From Eledone cirrhosa (taxonomy: Eukaryota), in the NCBI GenBank assembly GCA_964016885.1, contig OZ024740.1:116994001-117058000 (forward strand): a stretch of 64,000 nucleotides of DNA, read 5' to 3'. The position numbers and the translations under genes were made by a program. Of this stretch, positions 1-13,517 are shown piece by piece; within the stretch, counting starts at the first letter, position 1, and each line of letters begins with the position of its first letter. The notes beneath the pieces were generated by a model, which did not search any database, was not told the origin of the DNA, and worked only from the letters and a program-made list of their open reading frames with translations.

Positions 1-1
1 C

Positions 2-409
2 CTCTCTAAGAACATCGTTTATGCTTGCGTAGTTATAACTAATTCCTCTAATAGAACTTATATAGGCTCTACATCTAACACTTTTAAGACCAGGTTTAAT
101 TCTCATATCTCTAATTTCAAACATGTTAAGTTTAAGAATTCTACTTCTTTAGCACACTATATTTGGGATCTTAAGGGGGCTAATATACCATATAGCCTTA
201 ATTGGCGTTTAGTAGCACGCTCTAATAACCTTTCTACACATACTAAATTTTGTAATCTCTGTATCCTCGAGACACACTCTATAATTTTCTCTAGTGAATC
301 CTTACTTAATAGAAAGTCTGAGATATTCTCTTCTTGCCCCCACGCTATTTCAAATTCTTACTTTTATTATAAACCTAAAGGTTCTAGTAGTGTAAATTGT
401 ATCCACTAG
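2..409 (+). mobile_element. 3' end of a Penelope-like element ORF (GIY-YIG endonuclease domain), 5'-partial at the window edge
   Basis: Frame 2 is open from base 2 to TAG at 407-409 and reads LSKNIVYACVVITNSSNRTYIGSTSNTFKTRFNSH...STSLAHYIWDLK...W...FCNLCILE...LLNRKSEIFSSCPH. This has the NIVY/YIG motifs, conserved R, H, E and LN residues and the Cys/His pattern of PLE GIY-YIG domains. Absent from the ORF track because it has no start codon. Confidence 0.85.
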
Positions 410-933
410 CTGATATATTCCATTACTTATTATTTTTAGTTTAGGTTCTTTTTGTTTACCACCATTATTATCATCATTATTATCATTGGTTTTTGACAAC
501 TTTTTATTCTAGCTCTCATAATCTTTTGGCTACTATACCATATCTATCTTCTTATACATTAAATTTTCACTATTAACACCTTATGAGTATATATCTGATT
601 ATATATTTTATATTATTTTATTTCATTTTATTTTATTTTATTTGGATTCTTCTTTGGATAACCCTCTCCCCCCTCCCCCTTCCCCTGCACACATAAACTT
701 ATTGCTAACCCCTTCAAATATATTATGATTATATTTAATCCCCCCTTTTTATGTTCCTTTCTATTATATTGATTATGATTTTATGCTCCTTTGTATCCTT
801 CATACATTTCTTTTTTCTGTCCCTATTAGCCTACCATAATTCTGCTTAAGTCAGTTTTTTTAGATATCGTTATGTAAATGATAGTAGAATATTTCATTCC
901 TTTCTATATATATATTTATAGTGAAATATTAAT

Positions 934-1062
934 TGTTTCTACTTTAGGCACAATGCCAGCAATTACCCAGTGCATTACTGGTACTTTATTTTATCGACCC
1001 CGTAAGGATGAAAGGCAAAGTCAACCTCGGCGGGATTTGAACTCAGATCATAAAGGGACGTA
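934..1062 (-). mobile_element. tRNA-derived SINE (family S1), 5'-truncated
   Basis: Matches the S1 body including the B box; 11-bp TSD GAAATATTAAT at 923-933 and 1063-1073. Confidence 0.85.
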
Positions 1063-1451
1063 GAAATATTAATGTTTACGGATTTTGATCACTTAAACCA
1101 TAGCTAATATTGTATTGCCTTATTAGGTATTTTAAATATTTTCAATATTAATTTATCAAATAGGGTTTTCTAGTCATTTATCTGGGTTGTTTCCTAAGTT
1201 TTTACTTAACTGCATGTGAGACCTAAGTAAATACTTTTGTTTTTGTTTTTTGATTTCCGGTCGATTTTATTTATTTATTTATTTATTTATTTATTAATAC
1301 TACTGTGCATAGTATTTTCTGTCTGGCCCTTATTCACTCATTCACATATGTGTCTGTTTACCAACCTTGTAATTATAAGTAATTATATATTATATTATGT
1401 TCATTATTTTATATTGAAGTTGTTATTCAACTCTCTGTAAATGTAATATTG

Positions 1452-1637
1452 TTTCTACTTTTGGCACAAGGCCAGCAAATTACCCAGTGTATTACTGGTA
1501 CTTTATTTTATCGACCCCCGTAAGGATGAAAGGCAAAGTTAACCTCGGCGGGATTCGAACTCAGAATGGCAAGGGCCGTAACTCTATGCGTCAAAGCATG
1601 GCGTCCGACCCTCTACCGATACTGCCAATCCACCGCC
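1452..1637 (-). mobile_element. tRNA-derived SINE (family S1), full length
   Basis: Minus strand has A-box-like TGGCAGTATCGG, B-box GAGTTCGAATCC and core GCCTTTCATCCTTACGGGGGTCGATAAAATAAAGTACCAG; 19-bp TSD CTCTGTAAATGTAATATTG at 1433-1451 and 1638-1656. Confidence 0.9.
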
Positions 1638-2199
1638 CTCTGTAAATGTAATATTGATCTTTGTTACTTACCGATGATTTTATGTACCATTATGATATGT
1701 TAAATTTTATATATCATGAAAGATGTTTATATATTTTTGTACCATCATAATTTTGGGTACTGTATAATTTATATTTTATTTCTCACCTGCTCTCTAACTC
1801 TATATGAATTGATTTGTTAACTTACATGCCATTATATATTATATATTATTATATTATTATTATAGTGTTATTGTGACATCTATATTGTTTGTGTAAATTA
1901 ACCGGAGATTATCTATTATATTATATTATATGTTATATAATTATATAGTTTATTATATATTATATGTGTTACTTTTAATCATTTCATTACTTCATATTAG
2001 ACTGTATATTTGATATACATATTATTTTTATTTTTATTCCTATTATGCTTATTTATATTTAAACTCTTAATAAGGTTTAATTTGTGCTGTTAATGATGGA
2101 AATGTGTATTGATGTATATGTATATGTGCGTACGTGTGCGTATATATATACATATGTATATTGTGCCTTTTAATTTTAATTTTATATATATATATATAT

Positions 2200-2480
2200 A
2201 ACGGAGGAAATGTGGTAAGGAACGAGGTGGACCATAACGCACCAAAGTACTCAATACTTAGGGTAGTAGAGTGGGTAATAGGAACGAGTAGGACCCCGAC
2301 GGCTGAGCTCAAGCCGTTTCGACGGCTAATTCTGGACTAATTTAGTCCAGAATTAGCCGTCGAAACGGCTTGAGCTCAGCCGTCGGGGTCTTACTGGTTC
2401 CTATTACCCACTCTACTACCCTAAGTATTGAGTACTTTGGTGCGTTATGGTCCACCTGGTTCCTTACCACATTTCCTTCG

Positions 2481-2482
<2 letters not shown>
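2200..2482. mobile_element. Foldback element family A, symmetric copy in (TA)n; probable Penelope pLTR derivative with a half hammerhead
   Basis: Near-perfect 141-bp inverted repeat centred on 2341 with (TA)n on both sides; each arm carries GAAACGGC-TTGAGCTCA-GCCGTC. Confidence 0.8.
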
Positions 2483-2542
<60 letters not shown>

Positions 2543-2730
2543 TATATAGTGCTTCTGCGGAGGACGGCCGATTGAATAGGGATTTCGAGACTAGAAATAG
2601 GTAGTAACTGAACCACTATCATGCTAGTCGATACATCGATCCTTTGAAACGATCGTAAAACAATGATCTAAATATCTACTGACACCTGACTGATTTTTAT
2701 TATTCTCTGCACAAATACATACGCGCGCTG

Positions 2731-3076
<346 letters not shown>

Positions 3077-3330
3077 CGAGTACAACAGTAACACATAAGT
3101 ATTTAAGTTCCGTTGAGTTGTTTACTCCGACTCATTCAGTTTGTCATAATAAACAACCTAACGAAACTTAAGTACCTGCATATGTCACTGTTGTTACTGT
3201 ATACGTAACTCGTCCAATGGACTGAGTTACGTATATGCTCTAAAACCATTGGATATTTGTACACACACACACACACACACAGACATACACACATATACAC
3301 ATATATATATATATATATTGTTCTGAGGTA

Positions 3331-4290
3331 GACCCAACAGAAGTGTCTGTAGCAAAATAAAGGACTGTATGTGACGTTGGTTGACTTGACTAAAGTATTA
3401 ATTAGGGTGAGCAGAAAAGGAATGTGGCAGATCATGGAACGAGTGGGTTGTCCCCAAAAGTTCCTGAATATAGTCATTGCTACACGAAGATCAGCAGTGG
3501 CTTCTCAGATCCTTTTCTGATCAACAGAGTGAAGCAAGGTTGCGTCATGACACCAACTCTCTTCACTATCTTCTTCAGCATGATGCTCAAGCATGTCACA
3601 GAAGATCTTGATGACGAGAAGGGAGTCTACATCAGATTCCGTCTTGAAGGCAGCCTGTTTAATCTTTATCGATTACGGGCTCACACGAAGACCCTGGAGC
3701 AACTTATCCCTGACCTCATCTTTGCCGACGATGCTGTTCTTGTTGCCCACACAGAAAGAGCCTTGCAGCGCATCACCTTCTGCTTCACAGAGGTTGCCCA
3801 GCTCTTTGTGCTGGAAGTTAGCTTAAAGAAGACAGAAGTACTCCACCAGCAACAGACTGGCGAAGGTGAGCAGTGCATTTGGCAGACTGTACAAACGCGT
3901 ATGGAACAATAAACACCTGAAGAAGGGTATCAAGATCAGAGTGAACGGAGCCATAGTCCTTACCACCCTCCTATAAGGCTCATATTTGTGGGTCACTTAT
4001 CGCCATCTCCTTCGACTACTCGAGCGCTTCCACGAAGGAAGCGATAAAAGAATTGTTTGAAAATATCCCTTAGTGCCTGTCACGTGGACCATACCTTATG
4101 GTTGACACTAGCTGAGAACCGTGACATCTGACGTCTCACCAGGGCCATCCTCAAGGACAAAAAGCACAGGAGAGAACACCACAACACCAAGTCATCAAGC
4201 TCTGATCAGAGCTTCAGCTGCAGCCACTGCGACAGTACCTGCCTGTCCCACGAAAGAAGATTATGTCCACGTTGACTGCAGACACGCTCC
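3331..4290 (+). mobile_element. Degenerate RTE-clade LINE reverse transcriptase fragment
   Basis: VDLTK, VKQGCVMTPTLFTIFF, LIFADD, VSLKKTEVL and a C-terminal FSCSHC motif, with several frameshifts and deletions. Confidence 0.8.
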
Positions 4291-4517
4291 TGACTGAATA
4301 TAGCAGATTTCTTCCAGAGAAGTATAGAGAGAGAGAAAATGGAAGTGAGAAAGAGATTTAGCGGAAGAAACGAGCTCAATACTTGACTGGTACATTTTTT
4401 ATCAACCTCAGAAGGATTAATGGGAAAGTTCACGTCTGCGTGATTCGAACTCAGAAACGAATACAGCAAACCATTCTATTCGACGTACTAACGACTATCG
4501 CAATTCGCCGCTCATGC

Positions 4518-4633
<116 letters not shown>

Positions 4634-5542
4634 ATATATATATATAAACTATAAAAAAAGAAACAGTTTTGTACTAAGGTCGATTCTTTCTCTATATGTT
4701 TTTCTCACTTCCATTCTCTTATTCTCCATATTCAGATCTGGAGAGGAGATTGGCTCTGTCAGGTTTAAAAACGCCGTAAACTACTTCGGGACCATGCATA
4801 TGATCTATAATAATTTTAATCTATAAATCTCAGTGTATGGTCACATTTCTTTGTTATAGAAATCTACGATATAGAATTTCTTCAATTGAAATTTACAATT
4901 CAGTATTCAAAATAGCTTCAATTGGGTCATGGCACATATATTCTTTTCAATTTCACCCACAATTACGCAAAAAATCGATAAAACTCAATATTTTACGATT
5001 ATCTCTCTCATTTCAACTGCCTACTTCTTTACATAACCCTTCAAAATCTATACAACTTCATACATTCTGCTACTTTCTCTTTCCAAGCTGAAACAACTAT
5101 TCTTTTCATTTTACATTGATCATGTTGATGGTGATACTGTCCGTTTTACTCTCTCACTCATACACTTTACAGACTAAACAACAAAAACATTAGCCACATT
5201 AACGTACAATTTCGTTTATTCTAAATGTGAGTCTTCAAACTGATTTATTTATTTGCAAACACATACAAACACACACTCACATCAAATGAATAATTAAACT
5301 TTAAATCAATTTAACCACGTGCCGGATTTCTAACCACACATACATACTTCATTAACAAATAAAAATTCTAATTTGCGACAATTATTTTCTTTCAATCGTA
5401 AAATAAAACGACATAATTATTTTCATTTTCGGTTGTTAATTTTCATGGCGATAATACTACCCTAAAATTTCACATCATGTGAGTTAACAAATAATTTTTT
5501 AAAACACTATTCGCAGACTTCCTTAAACAACAAGATCAATTG

Positions 5543-5665
5543 CGTAGCCGGTATTCATTATGTAGCCGGTAAAGCTATGTAGCAGGTAAAAGGCTATGTA
5601 GCCAGTACGATGTTATATAGCATGAAAAGTTTATATAACCGGTAAATGTTATGTCGCCGTTAGCA
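5543..5665 (+). repeat. Degenerate minisatellite of about 18 bp (ATGTAGCCGGTAAAGCT-like, about 7 units)
   Basis: Repeated atgtagccggta / atgtagcaggta / atgtagccagta / atataaccggta units. Confidence 0.7.
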
Positions 5666-6127
5666 TGTGTGTGTGTGTGTGTGTGTATTACCGTCAATAC
5701 ACACGTGTGTGTGTGCGTGTTTCAATGTAGTTTTCGTTAACAATGATGAGAGTACAATCGCGCCAGAAACAATTCAATTTCTCATTCTTAACTGCTAGGG
5801 ACGTTCACAGGTTCATTAAGTACTTTCAGTAAGGAATAAAAAAATTAGGGATTGAACCCAAAACCACGACATAAACAGGCACCAACAAACGTTTTCTTTG
5901 TCCTGTCAAAAAGTGATTGATCCTATCCCTTTCACCTACGACCTCAGTTAGGTCAGGCGAAAGTCAAATAGACAGGGGGTCACCTATGTAGGTACAAACC
6001 CTGCTGCGGTATGTCTATTTTTCTAGCTGCAACCAGATTATATATACCGTAGTTAACAGAGACCATGACTCACCAGGCCTGCAAACCAGACGAGATGGAA
6101 TATTCATTATAATACATCAGTTCCTCA

Positions 6128-6157
6128 GCCCCGAGCAACGCCGGGCACTTCTGCTAG
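6128..6157 (+). mobile_element. Helitron 3' terminus (5' end not located)
   Basis: Hairpin CCCGAGCAACGCCGGG at 6130-6145, then 8 nt, then CTAG|T; same terminus as the Helitron at 37970. Confidence 0.7.
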
Positions 6158-6374
6158 TATACATATATATATACATATAGGACTTCGTATGAAATTACAA
6201 AGAAACAGTTTCCTTTTTATTTCATAATAATGAAATAGTTTTCCTCCTATAGAAATTATTTTCAAGTCGGTATAAGAGATGGCAACATGAATGGAACTGT
6301 TTTTTTTTTCACTAAAAATCTTTTTCCCGATTCCGCCCTGCCCGTCCCTTCTATCTTACTAATTTCTCATTCTT

Positions 6375-6410
6375 TCTTCTGATGAAGCACTAGCGTCTGA
6401 AACGTTAAGA
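6375..6410 (+). ncRNA. Minimal type I hammerhead-like motif (PLE type)
   Basis: TCTT-CTGATGA-agcactagcgtct-GAAA-CGTT-AAGA: stem I TCTT/AAGA and palindromic AACGTT at stem III; stem II is weak and the cleavage triplet ambiguous. Confidence 0.5.
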
Positions 6411-6494
6411 CCCTCTTCCTGCTATTTCAAGCGTTAAACTAATATATTCCTTTCCTATACTGTACCGTTTGTGTTGTTATTTCTGTTTACCTTT

Positions 6495-6549
<55 letters not shown>

Positions 6550-6651
6550 CTTTGATAACTTCGATAACAACAGTGTTGGCCCAGGCCATGCTTAACTTAA
6601 TGGTACCACCTGGCGAAGCCATTTTTTAAATAAATGTACACATACACACAT

Positions 6652-6730
<79 letters not shown>

Positions 6731-7023
6731 GTATATATGTATGTGTGTATGGGCATGTGTGTGCATACGTGTGTGCACGTGTATGTATGTGTGTGTGCTT
6801 GTTTATAAATCCCGTAACAGAAGTTTGACATGAAGAGATTGATAGAATAAGTATGAGTCTAGAATTTATGAGTACTCTGGTTGATGTGACCGACTAAATC
6901 AAGACGGTGCCCCAGCATGACCACAATCCAATGACTGTAACTAGTAAAAAATCCAATAGGCTTTGTCTTTATCTTGAAACACTTTCTCAATTAATTAGTT
7001 TTTCTTTACTTTATTATTATTAT

Positions 7024-7065
<42 letters not shown>

Positions 7066-7763
7066 CATGTGTGTGTCTGTGTGTATATATATATTCATAC
7101 ATACACATACACACACACGCATATATATATATATATATGAATATAATGTATCCACATATATATGTATATATACTGAATCTCTAATGGCGGCAGCGAGAGA
7201 ACGGTGAACGGCCGGACCTCCCAAAATCTCTTGTTGAATTATTTGCCACAATGTTTACATACAAGCGCGTTTGTTAAGCGAGACTGACCACAGCTGTGCT
7301 GCTCTAATATAGATATTAGTCCTTTTACAAGTTACAGCGAATTTTTACCCCTTACAAACAATTACAACAAGTGGTGTCAGTTGAGATTTCTGATCTGTGA
7401 AGATTGCTTTTTAATTTCGGCTTTTATAGTCTCGGTTTATTTGATAGAGCAAAAAATATATAACAGGAAAAATATAAAAGAAAGCAACAAGGGTAAAATT
7501 GTAAGCATATTGTAAACATGCACAGATGCCATATAGATAGTAATATAGATGAACGATCTGTTGTAGTCTCACATCTGCGAGATAGGAATCATCGTCGAGT
7601 GTTTGGCATACACACACACGTGTATTGTTTACATTTATTTGATTTGATATTTCTATATCTATTAAGATGGTAGGGCGAAGGAGTGTGAGCCTTTGATCGT
7701 TAATATATACGTAGATCCATAGGAACATACGAACACACACACGGACACAAAGAGAGAGACTCA

Positions 7764-7852
<89 letters not shown>

Positions 7853-8056
7853 ACAAACACACACACACACAGACACACACACAAACACACATGTATATAA
7901 TTTATTCCAAATAGAAACGACTTCTATAGTCCTAGCACTGTTTCATTCGGTTGAAATAATCAGCACACACTCATACACACACACGCACAGTCACACACAC
8001 ATATACATACATATACATACACATTCATACATACACATACATATATACATACATAC

Positions 8057-8346
8057 CAGGGGCGAACGGTACGTGCATGCAACGCATGCAGTGCATGCGT
8101 TATAGAATCTTGAGTTGATCAATTGCGTCGGTTGAAGCAAGCAGAATTTTGGCTGCTTACTAAATCGTAGACACTTAAAAAGATAACACACACGCACAAA
8201 CACACTAGATAAAACTACATGCAGCTTTGACCGGGAGGGTCATTTAGAGGTAATGGGGGGGGGGGGGGGGTAAGGCTGCACAGCCCCACTTTCCGCCATG
8301 GCGATTGGACTGCATGCCCTACTTTCCAGGTTACCCTTCGCCACTG
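8057..8346. mobile_element. hAT-like MITE
   Basis: TIRs CAGGGGCGAA / TTCGCCACTG (1 mismatch); 8-bp flanks ATACATAC at 8049-8056 and 8347-8354 (inside an ATAC repeat, so the TSD alone is weak evidence). Confidence 0.65.
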
Positions 8347-8424
8347 ATACATACATACATACATACATACATACATACATACATACATACATACATACAT
8401 ACATACATACATAAGAATTGCAGC

Positions 8425-9050
8425 GTCTTCACAGACGATTGCCGTTTCTTATTGATTCTTCGTTATTATCCCATCTGCGTTCATGACCAGCTGTAGATTT
8501 ACATGGTTTACGACTCAAGTGACAGAAGAGAGTTATGCTTTCCACAGGAACGGTGGTGTCACCATGTGGGACACAATCTTTATGCACCACCATGTGTCTT
8601 TTTAGTCCGGAACTAGTTCTACACACTTTGTTGAATATCACTCACGTTGTTTCACCAGATCTTTGAGTGGTGTTGCAGGTGGTTATCATTTCATGTGACT
8701 TTAGGTGATACATACATATATATGATGGCTGCAACTCGATTTCGAGTAACGCCATAGCTTGATACTTAAGCATGAGCATCATGGACATGGCTTTTATTCC
8801 TGCTAGGGACTCGGCTATGGTCAGCAACACTATGCATCGCAAAAAATGTCACATATCAAGTGATACCTGTGCTTGAAGCTTTTTTAAGTGAAGAAAGGCT
8901 TTACACGGGGCCAATCCCACTCTCTGAACATTGAATGTATTTGCCCAAAAAGAAGAACTGGTCTACATCATAGGATGCAAATGAAGTCGGAGGTTTTATA
9001 TCAGTGAGACCTTCTCCTAGAAAGATGTCTTAATGAAGACAAGGTGTCTT
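8425..9050 (-). mobile_element. Degenerate RTE-like LINE 3' fragment
   Basis: Minus strand gives VDQFFFLG and KKAS (RTE late-RT motifs) and a zinc-finger-like tail KVCRTSSGLKRHMVVH...CHLSRKPCKSTAG. Confidence 0.5.
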
Positions 9051-9302
9051 TCGCTCCACACAAAAATACACACATACACATATATGTATCCATAAATGCC
9101 TATTCTAATAAAAGGGAATTTGATTACTAAATTCTTAAAATAAAGGTTTGCATGAAATGCTTATATTTAAACTATCCGTACCGTGATTAATGTCGGCAAT
9201 AGCATTGAAGGATTTAATTTTCGGGATCCAATGGGTTGCATATCATTACTTGATATATGAACAATCTATATGTAAATTTGAGCGATTTACGTCCGCCACA
9301 CA

Positions 9303-9343
<41 letters not shown>

Positions 9344-10194
9344 TATATGTGTGTATGTGCATTTGTGTGAATGTATGCCTGTGAGTGTGTATTTCTGTAA
9401 GTGTGCCTGCCTGTGTTTGCGCTTTAAATTTATATACTCATACATAATCATTATCTTGAGCTGTTTTTAGAGACAAGACATATGTTTGATGTATCATTCA
9501 TGACACCTTTTACTTTGAAAGTAATAATAATAATATACTCATACATATAAATGTATGCATATGCACATACTCAGACGCCATATAATTCTAGTTATATAAA
9601 TTGGGTATTTTTCATTTTGATAAATTAATCATTTGCAAAAGAGAAACACTATAATTTGTGTTATTTACTGACACGTGGAGTTATTAAACATATGTACTGG
9701 TCGATTACCTTCCAGCAAATTGTTTTTCACATTTTCCCTGCGTTTTATTATAAGAGCTTTCCTGCCACGTATTGGATGTACAATTTTTGTCTAGTTTTCC
9801 TGTGGAAAGGACCTGCTGATGGAAGAGTAGTACTGCTATTTTGCATCCGAAACTACAAAGACACTCAGTAGGCAGCTGTTGAACGGTACATTTCCTTATG
9901 CCCGCCACCTCCAAGTTTTCCCAGTACCCTTCGTTTATATTATATACATACACACGCTGGCGTATTGTTATGATTGATGATCTGAAATATATTTCACATT
10001 TTCTGCCACCCTCACTCAACATTTGTGGAGTCCAGTCTTTCATTGCAGTATTATTGTATAATAAAAGAGCATTAAGAATATCACAATAAATATTTCTGTT
10101 TGCTATTCTAAAAAGAATGACTTTTACACGTGATTCCAATGGATTATCACTGCGTATGTATATATATATATATATATATATATAGCGGCGATGA

Positions 10195-10246
<52 letters not shown>

Positions 10247-10295
10247 CGAGAGAGAGATTGTTATAGTTAGGTATATATATCTATCTCTCTCTCTA

Positions 10296-10350
<55 letters not shown>

Positions 10351-10580
10351 ATCTATGTATATTTATACAACATACACACACACACTAGCGCCCAGTTTTC
10401 TTATTTATTGTATATTGTTGAGTGTCATGCTCTCTTTTGCGTGGCTCTTCCGTCAATTATATGATAACGTTTGTTATTTTGTATTTCTGTAGATGCGTGT
10501 GCGTATGCAAAAAGATATTTTTACATTTTAGATGTATATGTATGCATGTATGTACATCACTACACACACGTTTATGTATA

Positions 10581-10644
<64 letters not shown>

Positions 10645-11137
10645 CATATGTATATTTAGAGAGAAACGCATGTATATTTATATATATGTGTGTGTATATG
10701 CGTATATACGTTCACTTGTGTGCCTGATTATGTGCATGTGCGTGTGTATGTGTATGTATATGTATATGTGTGTCTGCGTGTGTTTGTTCTCCAAATTATA
10801 TGAAAGTTTCTCGGTTAAGAACTTGTCAAAATAAACTTTATTTGGGATCTTTGTTTCCCCAAGGGAGACCTCACGCAACATCACAGTTTCTAAACAGAGA
10901 CCATTTTGATTCCAATTCATATATAGAGTGAAGATGAGTACTAATATCCTCTTGGTACAGTCTACATTTTCCTCACCTAGTAAATATTCCAGAATATTTT
11001 GTATCATTGTCAGTGTGGTAGAGGGCAGCGATCGCATATTTAAACAGGCGTCTCGTTTTCTGTAGTCTTCTTCATGAAGCCAAGCATATTGTTTAACATG
11101 TCTCTATGTTTATATATTACAGTTATAAACCTACGCA

Positions 11138-11323
11138 CAGGATTGACAGTATCGGTAGAGGGTCGGGCGCCATGCTTTGCAGCAAAGAGTTACGTCCCTC
11201 TATGGTCTGAGTTCAAATCCCGCCGAGGTTAACTTTGCCTTTCATCCTTACCGGGTCGATAAAATAAAGTACCAGTAAGGCACTTAGATAATTGCTGGCC
11301 TTGTGCCAAAAGTAGAAACAATT
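11138..11323 (+). mobile_element. SINE family S1
   Basis: Full head-core-tail match to 1452-1637; followed by (CTA)n. Confidence 0.85.
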
Positions 11324-11331
11324 ATAATATC

Positions 11332-11391
<60 letters not shown>

Positions 11392-11731
11392 GCTACTAAT
11401 ACTACTATCAAGTGGCCGAAATAGGTTTCCTACGAAGGGTCTTTGGAGTGCGTAGCTCGGAGACCAGAGAGTCTCGGTAGAACCGGTGGTTCAGGAAGAA
11501 GAAGAAGATTCGAAATTTATATCGGAGTACAAAGATTTTCGTTTCTGTCTATAAATATACGGTTTAACTTGATTACTTTGTCTGTATGGTCAGGCATATC
11601 GCAGATGATTCTGGATAAGTCGTTGGTACTTGCAGTATATGGTACATTTTTATGTCATTTCTTATTTGTTTTTACGTCGACGTATCGGCTTATTATTAAT
11701 ATTATATATGAATATAATATATTTAATTATG

Positions 11732-11831
<100 letters not shown>

Positions 11832-12261
11832 AAAGAGAAAACACAGGTAAGCATTAAAAAAAAGGATTTTATCCAGGTTTTTACGACCGTTTCATTGGTA
11901 AATGCAACCTTATATTGCTATACTGCAAATAGCAGCCGCCACTCAATAATAATTGTTGTTCACCTCCAAATTTTCAAAATAATGAATGAATAAACTATAT
12001 ATATATATGTATATGCATGTTTTATATATATATATATATAAGCATATTCAATATATATATACATATATAGTGGTTAAAAAAGGAAACTCTAAGAAGAGCT
12101 GGACAGAAGGTCTTCAGAGAAGAAACCCCACTTAAATACTGATATCGAGCAAATTGACTGTGCTCTTCAGGGTATGTGTGACCTTGAACCAGAGTTAAAA
12201 ATCATTAACAAAGGGCGAATAATAGTCGTATCAGTAGAGTCCCGTTGAAAATACTTTGTAT

Positions 12262-12448
12262 TGGATTGACAGTACCGGTAGAGCGTCATACATCACGCTT
12301 TGCAGCATAGAGTTATGGTCCTTTATGTTCTGAGTTCGAATCCTGTCGAGGTTAACTTTGCCTTTTCATCCTTACGGGGTCGATAAAATAAAGCACCAGT
12401 AATTCACTGGAGTAATTGCTGGCTTTGTGCAAAAAGTAGAAACAATTA
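12262..12448 (+). mobile_element. SINE family S1
   Basis: GAGTTCGAATCC B box plus S1 core and tail. Confidence 0.85.
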
Positions 12449-13310
12449 TCTACTTACGTTATAGATTTCAATCCACCCAAAGTTGATTTTGACGTTGTAT
12501 ATGCTACAGACAATAAAATATGTCTCTCAAATACTGGGATAGAATACACAGACTACATGTCTTTCCAAATAATATGTCATCTTGCAACCATATCAGAAAT
12601 CAAATAAGATAATGTGACGTTAGGGAAATTGATGTCCGCCTCCTAATAATGCGGCTGTTGGCTCGACACCTTTGTATACCATGTGTCGTTTCCATAGCCT
12701 CATGTCCATTCACGTCTTGTGAGTGAAATTAGGTGGACCGAAACTGTTAGATCAACTCCACTTGTCAATGAAAGGGATCATATTTGATCACACAGATTCA
12801 ACCCGAGAAGCTTAAGGGTTTACGGGAATACTTTGTGGAATACTCAGCCACTTACACTATAATTCCATTAGTAAACTATTCAGTTAATCGAACAACCAAA
12901 TATTCATTGCCGTAGTTAGGGGAGGATCCGTCACTAAAGGGAGATGAAGATTATAAGGAGAGTAGACTAGGAAAATTCTTAGTTTCCCCTTAGTGTCATG
13001 AGTTCAAACGTGTTAGAGATCAACTTTACTTCATATTTTTACATATTTAAGTTATCTGACTATAATAACTGCATTTATAGCTTTGTAGCAACATAAAGAA
13101 TTCATATTTAAGTTCATACTGTAGGAAGTTGCTACCGGCAGAGAGTATCAGCAATAGAAAAATCAGTTGAAACATAGTTTCCTAAGATCGATCTGATAAA
13201 CGGTTTCTTTCATTTTCCTAAGAATAGAACGACATCGTTGTTGAGAAATCTTGTGACAAGTTAATTAAATGAAGAATCCTACAACTGGTGGATAATCACT
13301 CGTGATTCCA

Positions 13311-13517
13311 TTGTTGTTTAGCCCTAGGTCAGCTCTAATCGGGCAGACCTATGATCAAAGACTGCTTTCCATCCGTTACCATCCCGTTCTTTTTTCTCCA
13401 ACCTACAATATCTAAAGTGAGCTTCTTTAAGGTTAGGGTTAGGGTTGTAATGTGATATAGATATGACTGCTATTTCTAACAGATCGGGTGACCAAGTAGA
13501 GTTTCGTTATTTGGCTA
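13311..13517 (+). repeat. Old dispersed repeat family R2 of about 200 bp (representative copy)
   Basis: Consensus pieces GTTGTTTAGCCC..GGTCAG..GAGCAGACCTATGATCAAAG and GATTTGRCTGCTATTTCTAGCAGGTCG; other diverged copies at about 14720, 18400, 18541, 19715, 20270, 20521, 30660 and 54895 (+) and 20775, 29400, 29863, 55900, 56605, 56845 and 58100 (-). Confidence 0.7.

Noticed and set aside
1452-1637. A/B boxes as true tRNA genes
   Set aside because: No full cloverleaf; the boxes are followed by a shared core and tail and flanked by TSDs, so these are SINEs.
2067-2340. Recurrent peptide [17 protein letters not shown] / [25 protein letters not shown] in several ORFs
   Set aside because: It recurs only because family A is repeated; the frames run into (TA)n and show no known motif.
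5543-5665. Short regularly spaced repeats as a CRISPR-like array
   Set aside because: Units are contiguous and degenerate with no unique spacers, the context is eukaryotic, and there are no cas genes.
7360-7385. ACAACA-AG-TGGTGTCAG as LTR end plus primer binding site
   Set aside because: Only 9 nt match, no second LTR and no gag/pol sequence.
13432-13446. TTAGGG telomere-like repeats
   Set aside because: Only about two units, inside an R2 repeat copy.
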